DNA of 64,000 bases from Vitrella brassicaformis CCMP3155 (taxonomy: Eukaryota > Protista > Chromerida). The notes below the pieces were generated by a model. That model was not told the origin of the DNA. It did no database searches and worked only from the letters and a program-made list of their open reading frames with translations. How positions within the stretch are numbered: the first letter of the stretch is position 1; every line of letters begins with the position of its first letter. The stretch is taken from assembly GCA_001179505.1 (NCBI GenBank), contig CDMY01000267.1, positions 62,001 to 126,000 of the forward strand, in the 5' to 3' direction. Position numbers and translations under genes: made by a program. This document shows, in pieces, positions 1-11,367 of this stretch.

Positions 1-1533
1 GGCATCCACACGATTTGGCATTTGGTCTCCTCGGCCCAGGTGAGGAGGTCAGGGATGGCGAAGTTGTTGGGGCCGCTGCGGTCGGTCAGCTGGCGACTGA
101 AGTCGGGGCCAAACGAGAAGCGATGGTGAATGGTGATGGTCTTGTCCACACCTGCATACCACAGATGACACATGCAGCAAAGAGTGCCTCCCTGTGTGGT
201 GTTAATCTGCCCATCCCACCGACCAACCCACCTTTCATGTATTGGGTGCGCCAGTTGGTGTCGAGTGCCGTGGTGAGGCGGCCCAGCGGATCGTAGATGT
301 ACTCAACGCGACTGACACAAGACAGGAGGAAAAGGGACACATTACTTCACGCCATACATGGAGCTTCCGGCCAGCTCACTCAGGTTCTCTGTAGTCCTTT
401 TTGGGCGGAACGAGGTGGAGGCCGCTGATGCTCGTGAGCTTGGGGCAGCCGCGCAGCGAACTGACAACGACACACACGCACACACAAAGAGGCGAGAAAA
501 GATGTGTGTGTGAACGAAAGCAGAGGCGCGCCAGTTTTTCACCTACCTTGTGAACGCCTGCCACTCGTCCCCCTCTGTGACATGGATGACGTCGGCCTTG
601 ATGAAGGTGATCTTCGGCGACGCTGACACGATGTGGGTGACGGCCGGCAGGTGGGACACGCCGTAGACAAACATCTCGTCACACACCTTGCCCACGCTCA
701 GCACCTCCAGACTCGGAAACCTCCACTTGCGATCCCTGACACGAAACACCAACACACACCACAACACACATTTGCATCTCTGCAGCCCCTCTCCCCCCCT
801 TCTCCTTACTTGACTAGGTCTAGGTATCGTGTGTGGGTGAGGTGTAACTGCTGGGTCTTCTCAAACACCACCCGCTCCTTACCCCCCTCATCCACCCCCT
901 CTCCCTCACCCTCACCGCCATTGCCTGTCCCCCTGATATGGCCGTATCGGTTGTCATGGCACCGGCGCGCCGGGTCGTCCACACGGATGCGCACGAGTGT
1001 GGCCTTGGACGCCTCGATGGACTCCACTGCAGCCGGCAGCACATCGTTGTAGCCGTCGGTCTCGATGAACGCCGTCTTGAGCTTACTCTGACCCACACAC
1101 AGATACAGAAAACCATCCATCCATGCCTATCCTCCTCCCACCCATCCGCCCACCCACCAGTCGTGTTTTGAGTGTGTCTGTGAGTTTGATCTTCTTCCAG
1201 TAGTTGTACTCCTCGTTCGAGATGGTGAGGTCACGGTAGAGGACGCCGTATGTGGCGTCGGTGGTCTTCTTGTGCAGCTGCTGGCACACGAGCGACAGCG
1301 GCTTGCGCTGGAGGGTGGTGAGGAAGTCGCCGACCTCATACACACACTCAGCCTCGAGGTGAGCCAAGCCAACGCCAACGACCTTATCCTGACACAGCAA
1401 CGAGAGATCATGTCCACAGCCCAGGCTGTTGTTTGTTGGTCCATGGCTCGCTTACCGATTTGTTTGCCATGTCGACATCCTCCTCGTCTGTCCGCGGCTG
1501 CTTCGCCTTCACATTGGCCTCAACACGCGACAT
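1..1533 (-). CDS. Lineage-specific F-box-like/LRR-like protein, copy A1 (multi-exon; 3' part outside the window)
   Basis: ATG at 1533 directly after a CAG acceptor. GT-AG exons read MSRVEANVKAKQPR.. / DKVVGVGLAHLEAECVYEVGDFLTTLQRKPLSLVCQQLH / SKLKTAFIET.. / DRKWRFPSLEVLSVGK.. / SLRGCPKLTSISGLHL. Every exon has a counterpart in 42482-45426. The F-box-like call is by eye from the L..EV.DFL...R..LSLVC pattern. Confidence 0.75.
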
Positions 1534-1680
1534 CTGTGCAGAGAGAGGGGGAGGAACAGACCGAATGGATGAATGGATTGATGAAATGGATGGATGGATG
1601 GATGTGACGAGGAATGCATCCTATCCCTCTCAGCGCACCTCAAAAATGCACACGAGAGATCCCGTTCGTGACACACCAAA

Positions 1681-1721
1681 CAGCAGCAGCGGTTCAGGGA
1701 GCACCCTAGAAAATTGCGAGC
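1681..1721. promoter_or_regulatory. Candidate bidirectional-promoter elements: 29-nt element cagcagcagcggttcagggagcaccctag plus TGCGAGC (1715-1721)
   Basis: It lies between divergent starts at 1533(-) and 1935(+). The 29-mer recurs at 18437-18466. Confidence 0.5.
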
Positions 1722-1934
1722 CTGTAATTGTCTCAGCCCCCAACTTTGCTCTTTCAAAGCCTTCAGGAGAAGCGGTCTTCCTTTGATCAACAAGGAGGCG
1801 TCAGTATCGCTTCGCACGCCGTCCCGTGAGTCAGTCGCTGCTCGTCCGCTGCAGTGCGGTGTGCGTTGTGGAGGGCCTCTGCAGCTCAACACGTTGCTTA
1901 TTGGAGGGACAGCAGTTCACCCGTTGCTGGCAGG

Positions 1935-4060
1935 ATGGTGCTGACACGCGCACAGGTGAGGAGGAGAGTCAGGAGCCGTGTACGGGAGGTGGGGGCGCCG
2001 TGTCTCATGCATGCTTTGTCACCAAGAGCACGTAAGCCATCATGATGGGCACAGTCCATGCCTGTTTATGCCCAATTCGAAGCTGCATGGGCTCATTCAA
2101 TTTGTTGCTTTCTTTTCCTTCTGTGTGTGTGTGTGTCGATTATTGGTGCAGGCTGCCGCCAACTTGAAGGAGTTGGAGAGAGAGGCCGAGGAGGCAGCTC
2201 ATCTCGCTGCAGTGGCCGCCGCCACCGGGGGCATCCGCCTCTATGACCTCCGCCCCTTCACCAAGGCCGAAGACGACGAGCCCCTCGACAGGGCCGCCCA
2301 AAGGCAACACAAGAAGATATCCGCCCCCGAGAAAGACCACCAAAGGGATGTGAGGACGGGCGCCAGCCACAACAAACCCAGAGGGGCAGCCGCACGGCGG
2401 CCCGCTGCGAGGAGGGGCCGGGTGGAGGGGAAGGGGAGTCGGGAGATGGGAGATGTCCAGATGGGCGATGGAGAGGGCAAGGATGTCGAGATGATGGATG
2501 AGGGAGAGAACAATATGTTGGCGATGGAGGCCAAGAAGCCCGCCCACCATGCCGCCGCCCAGCAGCGTCGGGCTGCCAAGGCAGAGATGGAGAAGGATGA
2601 CATCCACGAGGCAGCCCTCATCGAGGGAGACGAGGACGAGGAGCCCCTCCGCAAGAGGAAGAGGAAGAAGGACAAGAAATCCGTCGCCCGCGCCGCCAGC
2701 CATGATGCGCACGGAGACGTGGAGATGGGCGTCGGCGAGGGGATGGGTGGAGGGATGGCCCTCAAGACAGCTGTGGAGAGGGGCATGTGTGAGGCTGTCG
2801 ATGCTCTGCTGAAGGGCCGACCGCAGCTGGCCGGACAAGGTCTGCTCCACGCCCTCGCTGAGGCCAAGAGCGTCTCCGACGAAGACAAGGTGCGCATCGC
2901 TGAGGCACTGCTGTCCGCCGACCCCTCCCTGGCCACCGAGACCGACTCCGACCTCCAGACGGCCCTCCACCGTTTCTGTGAGCTGCCATTGAGGGACCCC
3001 AAGCGGCAGGAGCAGCTGCTCGACCTGCTGCACGCCAAGGGAGGAGCCGCCCTCATCCACACTCAGGACGCGCAAGGCTGGCGCCCCCTGCACGTCGCAG
3101 CGGCGTCCCACCGCGGCCATCATGCGAGCGGCACTGCGACCGTCAAATGGCTGTGCGGCCATGGGGCCAAAGTGCACGTCAACGAGGCGGTGAGCGTGGA
3201 CGGAGACGCCTTCCTGACGCCCCTGTCCATTGCGGCTATGCATCCGGCCATTCCGGTGAATCGTCTGCGCGTGTTGATTGAGGAGGGCGGCGTGGGCAGC
3301 AGGCTGCCAGCGGAGGGGGAGAGTGATGGCCAACAGCCGGCTGCAGGGGGGAAGAGAAAGCGTCTGTCGCCGGCAGAGGCGGCAATGGAGACAGCGGGGA
3401 AAAGGATCGAGAAGGTGCACAGGGAGGGAGGGAACATGCTGTCATGGTGCTTACTTCTGTGGCTGTCTGGGTGGTTGTCAGGTGATTCGGGCATCCAGGA
3501 ACAAGGAGGAGGCAGCGAGGGCCCGGGAGGGGAGGAAGGACAAACAGGAGGCCGAGGCCGAGGCGGCTCGGATGCGTCGGAGCCAGTTGGGCCGTGAGTT
3601 GGTGAAGATAGTCAACGACGCCCTCCGACCGGTCCGCTCGCTGGAAGCGACCCGCCTGTTCGACCACCTCGAGGCGGCTCACGGCCTTCCGGCTCATGTG
3701 CTGGCGAAAGGCGTGGGCAAAGAGCCGCACCTGCAGGACAGCTATGACATCCCTAGCCTCAAGTTGCACCTGAAGAATGATATCGCTATCGACATCCGAC
3801 AGCATATCGCCTACGCAGCCCACATCATCAAGGTGTGTCAGCCGAGGCAAATTGGAAGGAGGGAGCCACCGGGCCTTTTCCATATGTCCATGTCTCCCTC
3901 TCTCTCTCGTATGTGTGTGCAGACGAAGGGCAACGAGCGTTTGGTGGGCAACCCGGCCCGCGGCATCGCACCGCACCCCATGAAGATGTGGACGGACAGC
4001 ACGACGGGCGAGCGGCTGGACCTCTTGCAGCGAATCGAGAGACGCGTCGGATGGGTGTGA
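1935..4060 (+). CDS. Ankyrin-repeat protein with charged low-complexity N-terminus, copy B1 (4 exons: 1935-1955, 2152-3414, 3482-3832, 3923-4060)
   Basis: In-frame splicing gives MVLTRAQ|AAANLKELE... Ankyrin-like units: DSDLQTALHRFC, DAQGWRPLHVAAA..TVKWLCGHGAKV, FLTPLSIAAMH. All intron boundaries are GT-AG and are conserved in the duplicate. Confidence 0.85.
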
Positions 4061-4190
4061 GGGAGGGAGGGAGGGAGGGGGGGACGGACTGTGCATGTGA
4101 TGTGATTTCTTGTGATGCGATGAGCGTGTCTATCGATTTTTCCAGGGGATGGCGACTGAGTGAGACCGTCGAATCGTTTGTCGCCCCATG

Positions 4191-4220
4191 CAGACAGACA
4201 GACAGACAGACAGACAGACA
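4191..4220. repeat. (GACA)n microsatellite, representative of many GACA/CAGT/GGAT/GAGG/CA tracts in introns and spacers
   Basis: cagacagacagacagacagacagacagaca. Confidence 0.95.
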
Positions 4221-5107
4221 CGTGTGCGTGACAGACACGTGTGCGTGCAGCATTGGATGGACCGGCATTCTTGCTGCATTCGTGTGGTGTGTATGTGTGT
4301 TGTGAAGCCGCCCATGTGTGTGTCGGCGCATTGCGTCCCCGGAGGGTAGAACGAAGAACGTACCAAATCTCTTGACATGTATTCCCTGACGCACACACCA
4401 CCGACGCCATAAACACCAACACACAGCTGGTCGGTCTCACAAATAGATAGGAGCATTCAGTCAGATGCAACCACACCACACCACACCATAAGACAGACAC
4501 CCACATGTCTCCCCTGTCTGTCACGTATCTGTCTCAGCTCATGGACGTACCCACTGCTGCACGCGTCCATCCATCTGTCAATGGCCAGCTACGGCATGCA
4601 GCCAGCTACGTGTCTCTGTGTCTCTCACTCACACACCCAGCTGTCCGCCATCCACGCCAACACCTCACTCGTTGATAGACCCACAAGGCAAAGAGCTGCG
4701 TGCTGGCGTGAATGATACGTACTTGTGTTCACAGCAATCACGACAACAATCACCCCTTCCTCAGCATCTCCTCTGATATTCCTCTCTCGTCTGATCCCAC
4801 TTTGCTGGTGGATATACTGCCCTCGGCCCCGGCCATCCCTGCATGCGGACCGGACTGGCGGCGCAGCGCCTGGGTGGGCGAGAGAGTGACGTGGCCGCCG
4901 CGCCCCCGCTGCATTTGCCTCTGGGTGTGCGGGTTACGTTTGAGCACGATTCCCTTCGACCGCCGCTGAGGCTCAAGTGCGCTGAGTTGAGCCTGCTTCT
5001 TGAACAGGACGTGTGAGTTGGCTCCAGAGGACCCTCCGCGGCAGCCGGTTGCGCCGCGAGATGCCGAGAAATGCACCGATCAAGGCCCGCTGAGATCTCC
5101 TCTTTGT

Positions 5108-7230
5108 TCAGACGTCGTGCCAGTTCTGTATCCTGACCCACGGCCCAGGCAAGCCGTACTCCTTTGCCACTTGCGCGTTGATCCACAGCGATCCAGCCGA
5201 CACCCAGCCCCCCAACGAACGCAGGACAGTCTTCCCGTTCGCCTGCACTGGCACCGAGCAGTGCTGCACGAAGGCGGCGGACACAGCTGAGAGGGGACCA
5301 CCTCAATAGTATGAGACACCGACACACGTGGCTGTGAAACACAGCCCCCTTCATGTCTCTGCGGCATGGTAGTCTTTGGCTGAAGAATGGCTCCCTGAGG
5401 CATTCATAAAGACCCGAATCAATGGGCTGAGGGTACCTGCACGTTCTTTTGCCTGAGCTACCCGTCCACGACAGTCGTCGCCATTGGTGTCTCGCGTCTC
5501 CTCTGTGTCTGTGTGACTTCTTCCGTCAAACTTGTCTCCATCCGCTTTCCGCGCGTATGCGTCGATGAGGTGCTGCGGGGGAGAGGGAGAAGGGAGCAGT
5601 TTGACGCGCATCCCAGGGCCGTGGGCAGCTTCCCACTTCGCATACAGCCTCAAGGCCTGAGTGCGAAACGAGGGATACGCACATGTGAGGAATGCAGTCA
5701 GTGTATGTCTTACCTGCTCGGCGTTGAGGGCATGTCGCTCCTTCTCTCCACACTCGAACGAGGACAAATATCTGTCCAATTCCAACACCTCTGGGCTCTG
5801 CACATGTACATTGACCAGGTTGAATTGAGGCACGAATGGGATCACGCCAGTGGGCTTCTTACCGGCTCAGGAATAAGCCTTCGGATGATACCAGCTGCAG
5901 ACGGCACACACCGAAAGATGCCGCACGGAACAGATACCCGCAAGCGTGCAGGCTTACAGACAATGTACAGGTCCCCACTTCTTTCGACTTCCTGCATGCA
6001 GGACAGAAAGGCGGCCGCACACAATCAAGCACGCTTTGTCTCAGGCCCGCCCACTACGGACGTATTGCGGGTTGCCGTGAAAGTCCAACAGCCGGTCGAC
6101 GTCTATGATAGTGGCTTTCGCATTGCCGTCTTCTCCGCGAGAAATGCAAATATTTTCGCTCTATAGGCAGCACACAAATGTGACGAAGCTCACCTGTTTA
6201 CGCAACCGCACCTTGATATCCGTATGAGCGAATCCTCTGTCATGCAGGCATTTGATGCCCTCCAACACGTTCTGGAATACGGACGAACGGACGCATGTGC
6301 AAACAGGCAAGTAGGGAGACATGCACGGACTTACCTTGATGAATGGCATAAACACTGCCTCGGAGTCCTCATAGTATATCGGCCCGTTCAGCCTCTGCAC
6401 CTCAGGCTCCGTCAGCATGCGTGGAAGGCTCCACATGTCTCCCCCTGTAGATGAAATATCCCATGTAGATGTCAGTGTCTCGAGCGTGGCCAATCCTTAC
6501 ATACCATAGCAGAACTCGAGAAAAAACCCTTTGAGTCCAGACGTAGGCGCGTAGCCTGGAAGGTTGGTTGTGGAGTATATCCCGTCAATCCTGACGATGC
6601 TTGGATGTCTCACTCCGCTCCAAAGAAGGATATCCATCCCATTCTTCGGAAACAAGCTATCGTCCTGGACCACGCAACGAATACAAAGGGCGTCCTGGAC
6701 AAAGCAGCTAGCTATCGGCAGTCTCACCGGATCACTCATATCCGTATAGTCGTAGATGACATTCATCTTGAGGACGACCTTTTTCTTTTCTTTCTGCACA
6801 CAGTCAGCAGAAGGCCGACTCCATCGACTCGCCAACGAACGAGCATGCCCCGGTGGGCGTGGTTGCGGTCAACATGCATGTATTACCAGGTCCCAGAAGA
6901 AGAAGGCGCAGCCATGGCGTCCTGACACGGGGTCGTCCTGCCTGTCGAGCACGTAGCGCCCCCCAAATCCCCCCTCAACCTTGGCCTGAAGAGGGGAAGA
7001 AGGTGGGCATTCGTTTGCTGTGCAGCAATCGCCTTACGCAGAAGTAATCCATCAGCGCCCTGGCTCTTCTCCACCCTGACACGCTGATGGGCTGTGCCTG
7101 GAAGAAGGGGAAGGGAGAGAGGGAAGAGAAGGACGCGTGGGGCCTTCAACGCAAGGCCTACCGGTGGCACAAACACGACACGCGCTCTCGGTGGGGGTCT
7201 TTCTTTGGTTCTGCAGCACAAATGGCCCAT
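5108..7230 (-). CDS. Divergent protein kinase-like protein with an MGHLCC acylation-type N-terminus (multi-exon)
   Basis: Spliced exons give: G-loop-like SGRHGCAFFFWDL, KKKVVLK (VAIK-type lysine), RHPSIVRIDGIY, FFLEFCYGGDM, IKCLHDRGFAHTDIK|SENICI, TIIDVD, PEP|SPEV. Exons downstream of subdomain VIII and the stop at 5108 are less certain. Confidence 0.7.
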
Positions 7231-7330
7231 TTTGGTTTTCTTTTTTGCGAGCAAAGCGATCCGGCACCACCACCGCTCCAACAAGGAGCGCATTCGTTCA
7301 TTCATCATTCAACAAGCAGAGCAAGCACAG

Positions 7331-9554
7331 ATGTCGCGCAACCAAGGAGCAGCGGGCCCTCGGTCCCATGTCTACGGTTTTGCGCCCCCTTGTGGCTTCA
7401 CGCCGACGCCCCAGCCTGAGCCTCGCCCTTCCTTCACCTCCCAGGTGGGCAATCAAAAAGGTCCATGGACAAGGATGAAAGATCCATGCTTCAGGCTGGA
7501 CAGGGAACTGTGCCGGGACGTGTGCCGGGCCTGATTGACTATCGTGGACGGGTGCGAACAAAGAAATGAAGCAATTCATTCAATTCATTGTCTTCTCATG
7601 GATCTATCAACAGGAGCAACCTTTCATGTACCGTGGTCCACCGCCCCAATCGGCACTGCCACTTCGCCCATCTCCCGAGTAAACTCCAGCAGATCACTCA
7701 CCTCCGCTGTGAGTCCTGTCTTTGTTTCTCCGCCAGGCCGGATACAGCTCGGCAGGTGGCAATTCTGCAGCAGCAGCTGCAGGACCAGCAGCAACAGCTG
7801 CAGGACCAAGGCAACGAGCTCCGCGTCACACGGGAGGCGCTGCAAGTAGCGCTCGCCGAGAAGGCTGCCAAAGAGGAGGAGCTGGCGGTGTTAAACATTA
7901 CCATCAAGGAGCTCAACGAGTAAAGCTCTCTGTACGTATGTCTGTCTGTCCGTCTCTCAACCTCTCTGTCTGTCGTTGTGCACGAACCTCTTTAAGCAAG
8001 AAGAGGCCGAAGAGGAGCCTGAGGGCGACAACGAGGGGGAAAGTGAGACCTCCTTCTTCCCCCTCGACGTGCCGACACTGGTCGCCGGCCTCGACGACTT
8101 CATCATCGGCCAGAAGGCCGCCAAGGAGGCCGTGGCGATAGGGCTCCGTAAGGCACATACACGATGCGATGTGTGTGTCTCTCCATCGTATCTATTGGTG
8201 TTTGCAGAGAACCGCTACCTTCGCCAGCGCCTATCTGACGATGGCCTGCGGAAGGCCACAAAGCCAAGCCACGTCTTGCTGACCGGGCCAACAGGAAGCG
8301 GCAAGACAGAGGTGAGAAGTGCCGTCGGTTGTCGCGTGCAGATATTGCTTGCCGGTGTGTCTGTGCACATACAGATTGCCCGGCGCATCGCGATGATGGT
8401 GAAGGCACCTTTTGCCCACATCGACATAACACGGTACACGACAGTCGACCTCAACAGTCTGGTGCTGGAGCTGCTCAATGACGCCAACAAACTGGAAGGG
8501 AAGAAGCAAGCCGGGGTACGATGCATGTTTTTTCCGACAGGCCACCACAATGACGGTGTGACACTGTATGTCCCTCAGGGAAAAGGCCCCATTGCAAGCG
8601 CAGCTATTGATGCGGCACAGAGCAGGGGCATCATCCACGTAGACGAGATCGACAAGATCTGCAATAATCAGGCGCATGTCAGCGTTTTTCAGGCGTGTCT
8701 CTCCACTTCATGGCCACTCATCTATTGCGCAGGCCGGCGAGGCACTCCAGCACGCGCTGCTACCCCTCTTGGATGGCACAGACATCAAGACGAGCCTCGG
8801 TGAGGCGGAGGACGCATTGATTTGGCATCTCATTTGTGTGTCCATTCAGGTACTGTCTCAACCGAGAATATCCTGTTTATCTGTGCCGGCGCCTTCCACC
8901 AGGCTGCGGAGCACCGCCCAACTGGCATGCTGCCTGAGTTAGAGGGCAGGCTGCCAGTCAGGGCGCTTCTCAAGCCCCTCACGGAAAAAGACTTCATAAA
9001 GATCCTCACCGAAACGAGATACAACCTCATTCAACAACACACCGGTGAACCGACAAGCGACGGGGACTTCTCGGGACGCTGCCTTGCTTTGTCTGCCTTC
9101 AGAAAAAATGGCTGTGAAGGGCGTTGAAATGATATTTGAAACAGACGCTATTGAGACCATTGCGAAAGGTAGGGAAGCGGGAGGGAGGAGACACGAGCGC
9201 ATGCCCTCCACGATGTCAGATGAGTCGAATGCATGTGTGCGTCGGTCGGCTCAGAGTCAGTCAAAGAGAATTCGACGATCAACATCGGCACAAGGAGACT
9301 CTCCAACGTGATGGCCCGGTAGGAATGAAATGACAGATAGGCCATTGAAGTTCGAGCTATACCAGGATGTGTGTCTTTGTAGCGTGATGCATAAGTACTA
9401 CGCCATGCACACTGAGTTTGCTCGAATGGAACCGTAAGAAGTCAAGAAATCTGCCGGCGTATTCGTATCTGTATTTATTGCCTGCAGAATCACCGTGACG
9501 AAGGAACGCGTCATCACCGCCCTTGCCGAGCCGCTAAGGGATTGCCCGATTTGA
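7331..9554 (+). CDS. hslU: HslU/ClpY-like AAA+ ATPase, degenerate, with a Pro-rich and coiled-coil N-terminal extension
   Basis: LDDFIIGQKAAKEAVAIGL/NRYLR, VLLTGPTGSGKTE|IARRIA (Walker A), GIIHVDEIDKIC (Walker B), LLPLLDG, NILFICAGAFH, LPELEGRLPVRA, NIGTRRL. These occur in HslU order. Joining of the N-terminal exons (7331-7920) is less certain. Confidence 0.85.
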
Positions 9555-10179
9555 CGTGATTTGCAGAGGTGGGGAAAGCACAGAACGACAGAAGAACACT
9601 TGGCCTGTGGGACGCTCATCTATTGACTGTATGACTCAATCATGTGCATGCAGGCATGCTGCATGCTCCTCCGACCATGAACTTCACACCATTTCCAGTC
9701 ATCCGATCCGATTGATGCGCCTAAGCTGACGGCTTATATACCAACGAATCGATCCATCCTTGCTGTATCTGACGTGCTTTGCAAGACAACTCATAATCGA
9801 ACAGATCCAGATGAGCTCATGAGTTGCGAGGGTGCAGAAACATGCTCATATGAAAAGGGTGTACTGCGGAGAACAGCGAGCTGATGACATGGCATGCATC
9901 ACATGTATCGTCATCTATGAACACCACACGCCATCAGTCAGTTGTCTGTCTCTAGACCTCACACACGTGCAATCAGGGCAAGCTTGTCCTGCTGCCCAGA
10001 CATGCCTCATCGCCTGCCACCGAACGAATCAGCTCACGCACACCGGCTGTCTGTGCTCCCTCCCCTCGTCGCATATGAGCTGCTGGTCTGCCACTTTGCC
10101 TCCTTAGTTCCTTGTGCCGTGTATGAGGAAGTGGATCGCCCGCTCGGGTGGCAGTCATACCACTCATGGCATTCATTCA

Positions 10180-11308
10180 TCAGTAAAGGTCATCCTTCCG
10201 AGTCCGCGAATAGGAGCGCATCTTCTTCCACTTAAGCCGATTCTCCTCATACCGTTGAATCTGCCACACAACGAAAACCAGCCGGCCACACAGATACCGC
10301 AGATACGTGTCGCACATCGTCAGCAGGTTTGTGTGCGTCCTCCCTTGTGACCGACCTCTTCTGGGTCTTTGACTTCGTGTATCCAGTCCTTGACGAAGGG
10401 CTTGAAGTTGCGCTCCTTCATGCTCTGACACACACCAGAAAGAAGCACTCATCTTTCTTGGCCGGCCATTGGTGTGTGTATGGTCCGTCTACCCCTACCT
10501 CTGCCTGGTCGAGCAGCTTCTGCAGCTTCTCAAAAGCGATCTCTGTGTTGGCAATCGCCGACGAAGTATCTGCGGCCATTCAACGCAACCAACATGATGC
10601 CTGCCTGCTCGCGTGCAAAGACGAGCTGGCCGTGTGCTCGTCTCATGGTATTTTGTCGTCGAGTCACCTCCTGCAGTGATCATGAGGTCGCCTTCCTTGG
10701 TCAGCTTCGAAGCACACGACTTGCTGCATCCATTGACCCAACCACAGCAGTGCACGAGAATCCACATGTTGAGATCGACTGCTGCCTTCCTTGCTTCCAC
10801 CCGTCCGCCCAGGATCCATACTCACAGGAGTCGTTCCCGTATCTTGTCAGGTATCCAGTCAGCCGTCTTCAGGTTGAACCGTAACCGCACTTTCGTGTCA
10901 GACTGCAGCATCCAGCCAACCACACACAAACACATGAAACACATCAACATGCCTGTATGTCTGTGTCTCTCTGGATGGGATTTTTGCATTGGCCGAGCAC
11001 CTCGTGAGTCCACGTACCGTGTTGACGCTCTGCCCTCCCGGGCCTGAGTTGCGCAGAAAGACCCTGTCGATCTTGTTCCGCGGAATCACAATGCCGTGCC
11101 GCACACCGAAACGGCACCAGCCAAGGTGGCCAGCCGCTGCTGGCGGCAGGAGCGAAGGCCAACAAGCAGATGCCAGCGACCTCCTCCTCCCCTCTTCAGG
11201 CCTCCTTGGACATGCAGAATCAGATGCAGTGGCGCTCATGTGCCGACAGATCGAAGATGCCTGAATCCTCGTTGAGGCAATACGGGCAGCAGAGGCAGCA
11301 GAGGGCAT
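10180..11308 (-). CDS. ICT1: Codon-independent peptidyl-tRNA hydrolase, ICT1/ArfB family (probably organellar)
   Basis: IPRNKIDRVFLRNSGPGGQSVNT|SDTKVRLRFNLKTADWIP..KLTKEGDLMITA, then AFEKLQKLL and a basic tail ENRLKWKKMRSYSRTRK. The Arg/Ser/Ala-rich N-terminus resembles a targeting peptide. The start codon is uncertain. Confidence 0.85.
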
Positions 11309-11367
11309 CTGGAGGTCTAGGGTTTGGTTTTTAAGCTCGCAGGAAGCTCCCATCGTTCGTTTGCGCA

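Larger units (their letters stand above)
1..4530. repeat. Left arm of a diverged inverted segmental duplication (partner ~39470-44182); runs off the window start
   Basis: The reverse complement of 1-50 matches 44133-44182 (cctcacctgggccgaggagaccaaatgccaaatcgtgtgg). The reverse complement of ~4440-4530 matches ~39470-39570 (ggggagacatgtgggtgtctgtcttatggtgtgg). Exons, introns and the intergenic spacer are collinear between these points. Confidence 0.93.

Noticed and set aside
2140-3420. 426-aa minus-strand ORF, and similar long antisense ORFs at 17662-18417, 28826-29716, 33807-34478 and 56617-57318
   Set aside because: They are shadows of GC-rich coding exons on the opposite strand, with no family motifs of their own.
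1978-3597. 539-aa ORF taken as the complete CDS
   Set aside because: Both ends read through introns (2152 acceptor, 3415 donor). The spliced model is supported by the paralogue.
7976-9554. HslU-like gene as bacterial contamination or a very recent transfer
   Set aside because: It has multiple spliceosomal GT-AG introns and is paired head-to-head with a host gene.
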